Below are positions 60,175 to 64,000 of a stretch of DNA of 64,000 nucleotides, piece by piece. Position numbers and translations under genes: made by a program. Within the stretch, counting starts at the first letter, position 1. Every line of letters begins with the position of its first letter. Under the pieces are notes generated by a model. The model saw only the letters and a program-made list of their open reading frames with translations, ran no database searches and had not been told where the DNA came from. This DNA is from an uncultured Chthonomonadaceae bacterium (GTDB lineage Bacteria; Armatimonadota; Chthonomonadetes; Chthonomonadales; Chthonomonadaceae). Location: assembly GCA_963835065.1 (NCBI GenBank), contig CAWIEK010000044.1:448001-512000 (forward strand). Direction: 5' to 3'.

Positions 60175-60427
60175 TATTCATGGCTTCAGGAAGGTCAAGG
60201 ATGATAGAGGTTACGAATGGTATGTTGGCCCGGAAGCCTTGACGCTGCTAAAACAGAAGGTTCGTCTCGTCACAACCACATGGGAACCCTTGCGTATGCC
60301 GGATACCCTGTAGAGAATACGTTAGGCTGACACGAAGAGCGACTTGCAGAACGCCAACTGATCATTCAATATTCGCTTACTTTCTGGAACAGCGATTGGA
60401 AAGTTCGTAATCTGGAAGCATGACTTG

Positions 60428-61024
60428 ATGAATACATCAGAATATATTCAATACTGCGGAGCGCAGAATCTGATGCAGTATGACGCTGCGATGGTCAGCA
60501 GCCTGTCAATTTCTGCTGAATCAAAGCAGTTCCTCGTTGAGGTTGGACTGCCTTGTAACGGAAAATACTATTTTCCTCTGGATGCAACCGACCCAACCCT
60601 GCCCTATATTCAATCGGTCTGCTTCAATCCCGAACGTATTCCCTCCGAATACCGCTATTTGCGTTTTTTAGGAACCCGGTGTCTGTGGCCGAATCGCCCG
60701 GTGCATTATGGCATCTGTGAAGAAGAGGGAGGAACAGTGTATGCAATCCATGATGACATGCAAAACGAGATAGAGATTTGTTTCGTGAGTTCCAGTGTTG
60801 AGCAGTATGCGGCCTTCGTAGTTCATTTAGAACGGTGGCAAGATTGGCAAAATGAAGCGTATGCAGCGCGTATAGATGTAGATGCGATGGAGGCTGCGTG
60901 GGGGTTAGTTCGCACATTGCGCGAGATTGATCCGTCGGCTTGCGAACCGGATGCCCCTTCCGGTTTAGAGACAGAATTGGGCGGGCTAATCACGCATATT
61001 GAGTTTACGGGATGTACCGGGTAA
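60428..61024 (+). CDS. SUKH-4-like immunity protein
   Basis: SKQFLVEVGLP, FVSSSVEQY and LREIDPSA motifs. Confidence 0.7.
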   Translation: MNTSEYIQYCGAQNLMQYDAAMVSSLSISAESKQFLVEVGLPCNGKYYFPLDATDPTLPYIQSVCFNPERIPSEYRYLRFLGTRCLWPNRPVHYGICEEEGGTVYAIHDDMQNEIEICFVSSSVEQYAAFVVHLERWQDWQNEAYAARIDVDAMEAAWGLVRTLREIDPSACEPDAPSGLETELGGLITHIEFTGCTG

Positions 61025-61120
61025 GCTACTGGTATGTGAGAAGACGTTGATGCAGTAGAGCAGGTCGCGCTTGACCGCAGCCATTTCTTTACTAATCCCC
61101 AATGTAGAAAGGATAATCTG

Positions 61121-61393
61121 ATGGGACGTTCGCAAATGAGCAGTATGGAGGTTGGACGGTTGGGTAAGGCAATGTATGCGCAAAGCATTCGAGACAAAGT
61201 GGAAACGGAAGAAAACATCGGCAAGATGGTGATTATTGATGTAGAAACAGGTGAGTATGAGATTGACGACCTGGGCTTGGAAGCATCGCGCCATCTCCAT
61301 GCCAAACACCCGGATGCCGCGCTTTATGGTATTCGTATCGGCTACAACGTGGCCGAAACTCTTGGCGGTCTGATGGAGCGTGTCGCCCGATGA
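61121..61393 (+). CDS. Small hypothetical protein (DUF5678-like) coupled to the aspartic protease gene
   Basis: GKMVIIDVETGEYE...HPDA...RIG; ATGA overlap with the next gene. Confidence 0.7.
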   Translation: MGRSQMSSMEVGRLGKAMYAQSIRDKVETEENIGKMVIIDVETGEYEIDDLGLEASRHLHAKHPDAALYGIRIGYNVAETLGGLMERVAR

Positions 61394-61752
61394 ATGGCAG
61401 CGTCTTTAATCGTCAATTGCTTGTTACCATTGTTTTCCGCCGCCCCGGACAGCCCGACATCGGCATTGAGTTCGTTGTGGATACCGGGTTTGTGGGCTTC
61501 CTCACACTGCCTTTGTCCGCTGTATTGGCGTTGGGATTGTCTTACGAGTTTGATATGCCTGCCAACCTTGCAGATGGCAGCGAAGTGGAAGTGCCGGTTT
61601 ACAGCGCCACAATTGTTTGGAATGGCGTTGAGCGCTTCGTTCGCGTATTGGCAATGGGCCAGCGCCCTCTGCTTGGAACCGCGTTGTTGGATGGCAGCGA
61701 AATGCTGTCTCAATTCAAAGATGGCGGCCTGCTTACGATTCATGACCTGTAA
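61390..61752 (+). CDS. Clan AA (retropepsin-like) aspartic protease, AF_0612-like
   Basis: VVDTGF, LADG and PLLGTALL motifs. Confidence 0.88.
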   Translation: MNGSVFNRQLLVTIVFRRPGQPDIGIEFVVDTGFVGFLTLPLSAVLALGLSYEFDMPANLADGSEVEVPVYSATIVWNGVERFVRVLAMGQRPLLGTALLDGSEMLSQFKDGGLLTIHDL

Positions 61753-61936
61753 AGAATGAAAAAGGAAAACACCCTCGCGTTGGTGAATACTCCCGGCAAC
61801 AACCGCACAGCAGCGCCAACAAAGGCTTTTCCACGAGCAACACTCTGGTTCTTTTTCTCTCCGTGTCCTCCGTGTTCTCCGTGGTTCCCCTTGCTTTTGC
61901 GGTTAATTCTTTCCTTGCGAGGTTGCAAATACCACC

Positions 61937-63364
61937 ATGCCCGATACCCGGCCCAATATCGTTTTGTTCGGCATTGATTCCCTGCTTGCCGACCATGTAA
62001 GTTCTTATGGCTATCCGCGCCTGACTACGCCGCACATTGACAAATTCGCGCAAGGCGGGACGCTGTTCGAGCGTACGTACAGCGCCCATATCCCGACGAC
62101 GAGCGCGTATTCTTCTATGCTGACCGGTATGGACTGCTTTACCACACAGGTTGTCGCGCTGCGGCATCGGGGCGGCCTGCGCCCTGAAGTTTCCACGCTG
62201 CCCGAAATCCTGCGTAACACGGGTTATAACACCACCTGCGTCGGCTTTACGGGCAATCCGGCCTCGCGGGGCTTTGACAAGTATCTGGACTATTTGGGCT
62301 GGGGAAGCTGGAACGAGGGCCGCAGTCCCAAAGCGCAGAACCTCAACGATGTGGCCCTGCCGGAACTGGATCGGCTTGTGGGTGAGCAGAAATCCGAGGG
62401 GAAACCGTTTTTTCTGTTCCTGCGCCACATGGACCCCCATGCGCCCTATCTGCCGCCCGCGCCTTACGAGCGCATGTTCTATCACGGGAACGAAACCGAC
62501 CCGGCCAACAAAAGCATGGAACCCGTGATGGCGTTCAAGCCGTTTCGGGACTTTTTCGCAAGCTGGATGCCGCCCGGAATTTCGGACAAAGATTACGTGA
62601 TTGCGCAGTACGACGGCGCGATTGCCTACATGGACGCCTGCATCCAATCCATTTTCACGGCTCTGGACGCGCATGGCATTGTGGATGAAACCATTGTTGT
62701 GCTGAACGGCGATCATGGCGAAACCCTGTACGACCATGAGTGCTGGTTCGACCATCACGGCATGTACGACAACACGCTCCACGTTCCTCTCATCATCCGC
62801 TATCCCGGCAAAGTTCCGGCAGGCAAGCGCGTTGCCGAATACAATCAGCACAAAGACCTTGTGCCGACTATTCTGGAACTGATCGGAATCAGCCCGGAAG
62901 ACATTTTTGGAGCCGGCACGGACATTGACTTCGACGGCAAGAGCCTGATGCCTCTTGTACGCGGCGAACAGGGCGAACGCGAAACCGAGTTTTATATCAC
63001 GGAATGTACGTGGATGCGCAAGCATGGCTGGCGCACCCCGGATTACAAACTCATCCTCGCGCTCGAACCCGATTTTCACTTCAAGCCCGCCGTAGAACTC
63101 TACGACCTGAAAGGCGATCCGCAGGAAAACAACAACATCGCGGAACAGCAGCCCGAAATCGTGGCCGACCTGCGCGCCCGCATGGAAGCGCATATCGCCA
63201 AACGCACTCAGGAAACCGACCTGCCCAACCCCATGCTGACGCAGGGCGACTGGCACGGCCACGAGGGCGTCGGCGCGTTCACCAGTTCGCAGCAAGCCTA
63301 CGACACCATGCACATCGGCGACCCCAATCAGGCGGCGAGTTTGCAGGCGAAGAGCAGGGAGTAG
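61937..63364 (+). CDS. Sulfatase-like hydrolase (alkaline phosphatase superfamily)
   Basis: RPNIVLFGIDSL, TTPHID, DPHAPY, GDHGE, HVPLII and ELYDLKGDP motifs. Confidence 0.9.
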   Translation: MPDTRPNIVLFGIDSLLADHVSSYGYPRLTTPHIDKFAQGGTLFERTYSAHIPTTSAYSSMLTGMDCFTTQVVALRHRGGLRPEVSTLPEILRNTGYNTTCVGFTGNPASRGFDKYLDYLGWGSWNEGRSPKAQNLNDVALPELDRLVGEQKSEGKPFFLFLRHMDPHAPYLPPAPYERMFYHGNETDPANKSMEPVMAFKPFRDFFASWMPPGISDKDYVIAQYDGAIAYMDACIQSIFTALDAHGIVDETIVVLNGDHGETLYDHECWFDHHGMYDNTLHVPLIIRYPGKVPAGKRVAEYNQHKDLVPTILELIGISPEDIFGAGTDIDFDGKSLMPLVRGEQGERETEFYITECTWMRKHGWRTPDYKLILALEPDFHFKPAVELYDLKGDPQENNNIAEQQPEIVADLRARMEAHIAKRTQETDLPNPMLTQGDWHGHEGVGAFTSSQQAYDTMHIGDPNQAASLQAKSRE

Positions 63365-63496
63365 ACGGTAGACAGTAGACGGTAGACGGTAGAAATGCCT
63401 GTTGACTTAAAGCTGTACATGGCATGATAGCTTACAGGAACAAGTTCGTCTACTGTCTACTGTCTACCGTCTACCCTCTACCCTCCCGGAGTTTCC

Positions 63497-64000
63497 ATGT
63501 CCGACAAAGTGTTCACGCTTGCCTTTTGGATAGAGTTCTGGCACGAGACGGCCAAAGACATCATTCACGGCGCGATACGGATTATTGGTATCTTTATTGC
63601 GTATTTGGTGATACGCGCCTTGATGTACCGGCTGATTGATGGATTGCTGGCGCGGGTGATGGCGCATGATTCGCGTATCGGCCTGACGGCGGAGCGGGCG
63701 GGGCGGGTGCAGACGCTGCAAGGCTTGAGCAAAAGCGTGGTCGGGTACGCGCTGTTTTTCGTGCTTGGTATATTACTGCTCGGCGCGGTGGGCATTCCCA
63801 TTCTGCCGTTTATCACCTCGGCCAGCGTGGTGGGAATTGCCGTCGGTTTGGGCGCGCAAAAATTGTTTAAGGACGTGATTTCCGGCTTTTTCATCGTGGT
63901 GGACAACCTGTACGCGGTGGGCGAAACGGTCAACATCGGCGCGATTACGGGGGAAGTGCAGGAACTGGGGATGCGCGTTACGCGCCTGCTCGACAGCAAC
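63497..64000 (+). CDS. MscS-family mechanosensitive channel, N-terminal part (runs off window end)
   Basis: Manual translation: ...ASVVGIAVGLGAQKLFKDVISGFFIVVDNLYAVGETV...GEVQELGMRVTRL. Confidence 0.92.
   Translation, partial: MSDKVFTLAFWIEFWHETAKDIIHGAIRIIGIFIAYLVIRALMYRLIDGLLARVMAHDSRIGLTAERAGRVQTLQGLSKSVVGYALFFVLGILLLGAVGIPILPFITSASVVGIAVGLGAQKLFKDVISGFFIVVDNLYAVGETVNIGAITGEVQELGMRVTRLLDSN

Noticed and set aside
58796..60312. A gene interrupted by the IS (ORF pieces on both sides)
   Set aside because: Open frames exist on both flanks, but I recognise no family and cannot define a target duplication to rejoin them.
5781..63475. Short tandem arrays or REP clusters as CRISPR arrays
   Set aside because: Units are 7-9 nt with no regular repeat-spacer periodicity, and there are no cas genes.

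Overview
This is a GC-rich bacterial chromosomal window with no rRNA, tRNA or CRISPR array that I can support. It most likely comes from Armatimonadota, inferred from four A|FTL(I/L)ELL prepilin/DUF1559 genes, a PEP-CTERM gene and HEAT-like proteins with LLRP tails. Housekeeping genes are queF, msrA, glyA, purL/purF/purM, leuB, gmhA/gmhB and lhgO. Accessory content includes ECF sigma and anti-sigma genes, toxin-antitoxin remnants, an IS701-like pseudogene, a secreted Lon-like protease, and an AAA ATPase + DUF2201 (zincin/vWA) operon followed by three unknown paralogs. About 15 single-base frameshifts, including in glyA and purL, look like long-read indel errors. Best novelty candidates: (1) an FGE/SUMF1-family gene with an in-frame TGA followed by a SECIS-like hairpin and the conserved GFRC motif, i.e. 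a candidate selenoprotein; (2) two identical 205-nt c-di-GMP-I riboswitches whose P3 carries an inserted heptamer-repeat hairpin, each upstream of a surface-protein gene; (3) the AAA-vWA operon with its PSAHER paralog array; (4) pervasive paired 7-9-mer tandem arrays that also sit in-frame inside genes.
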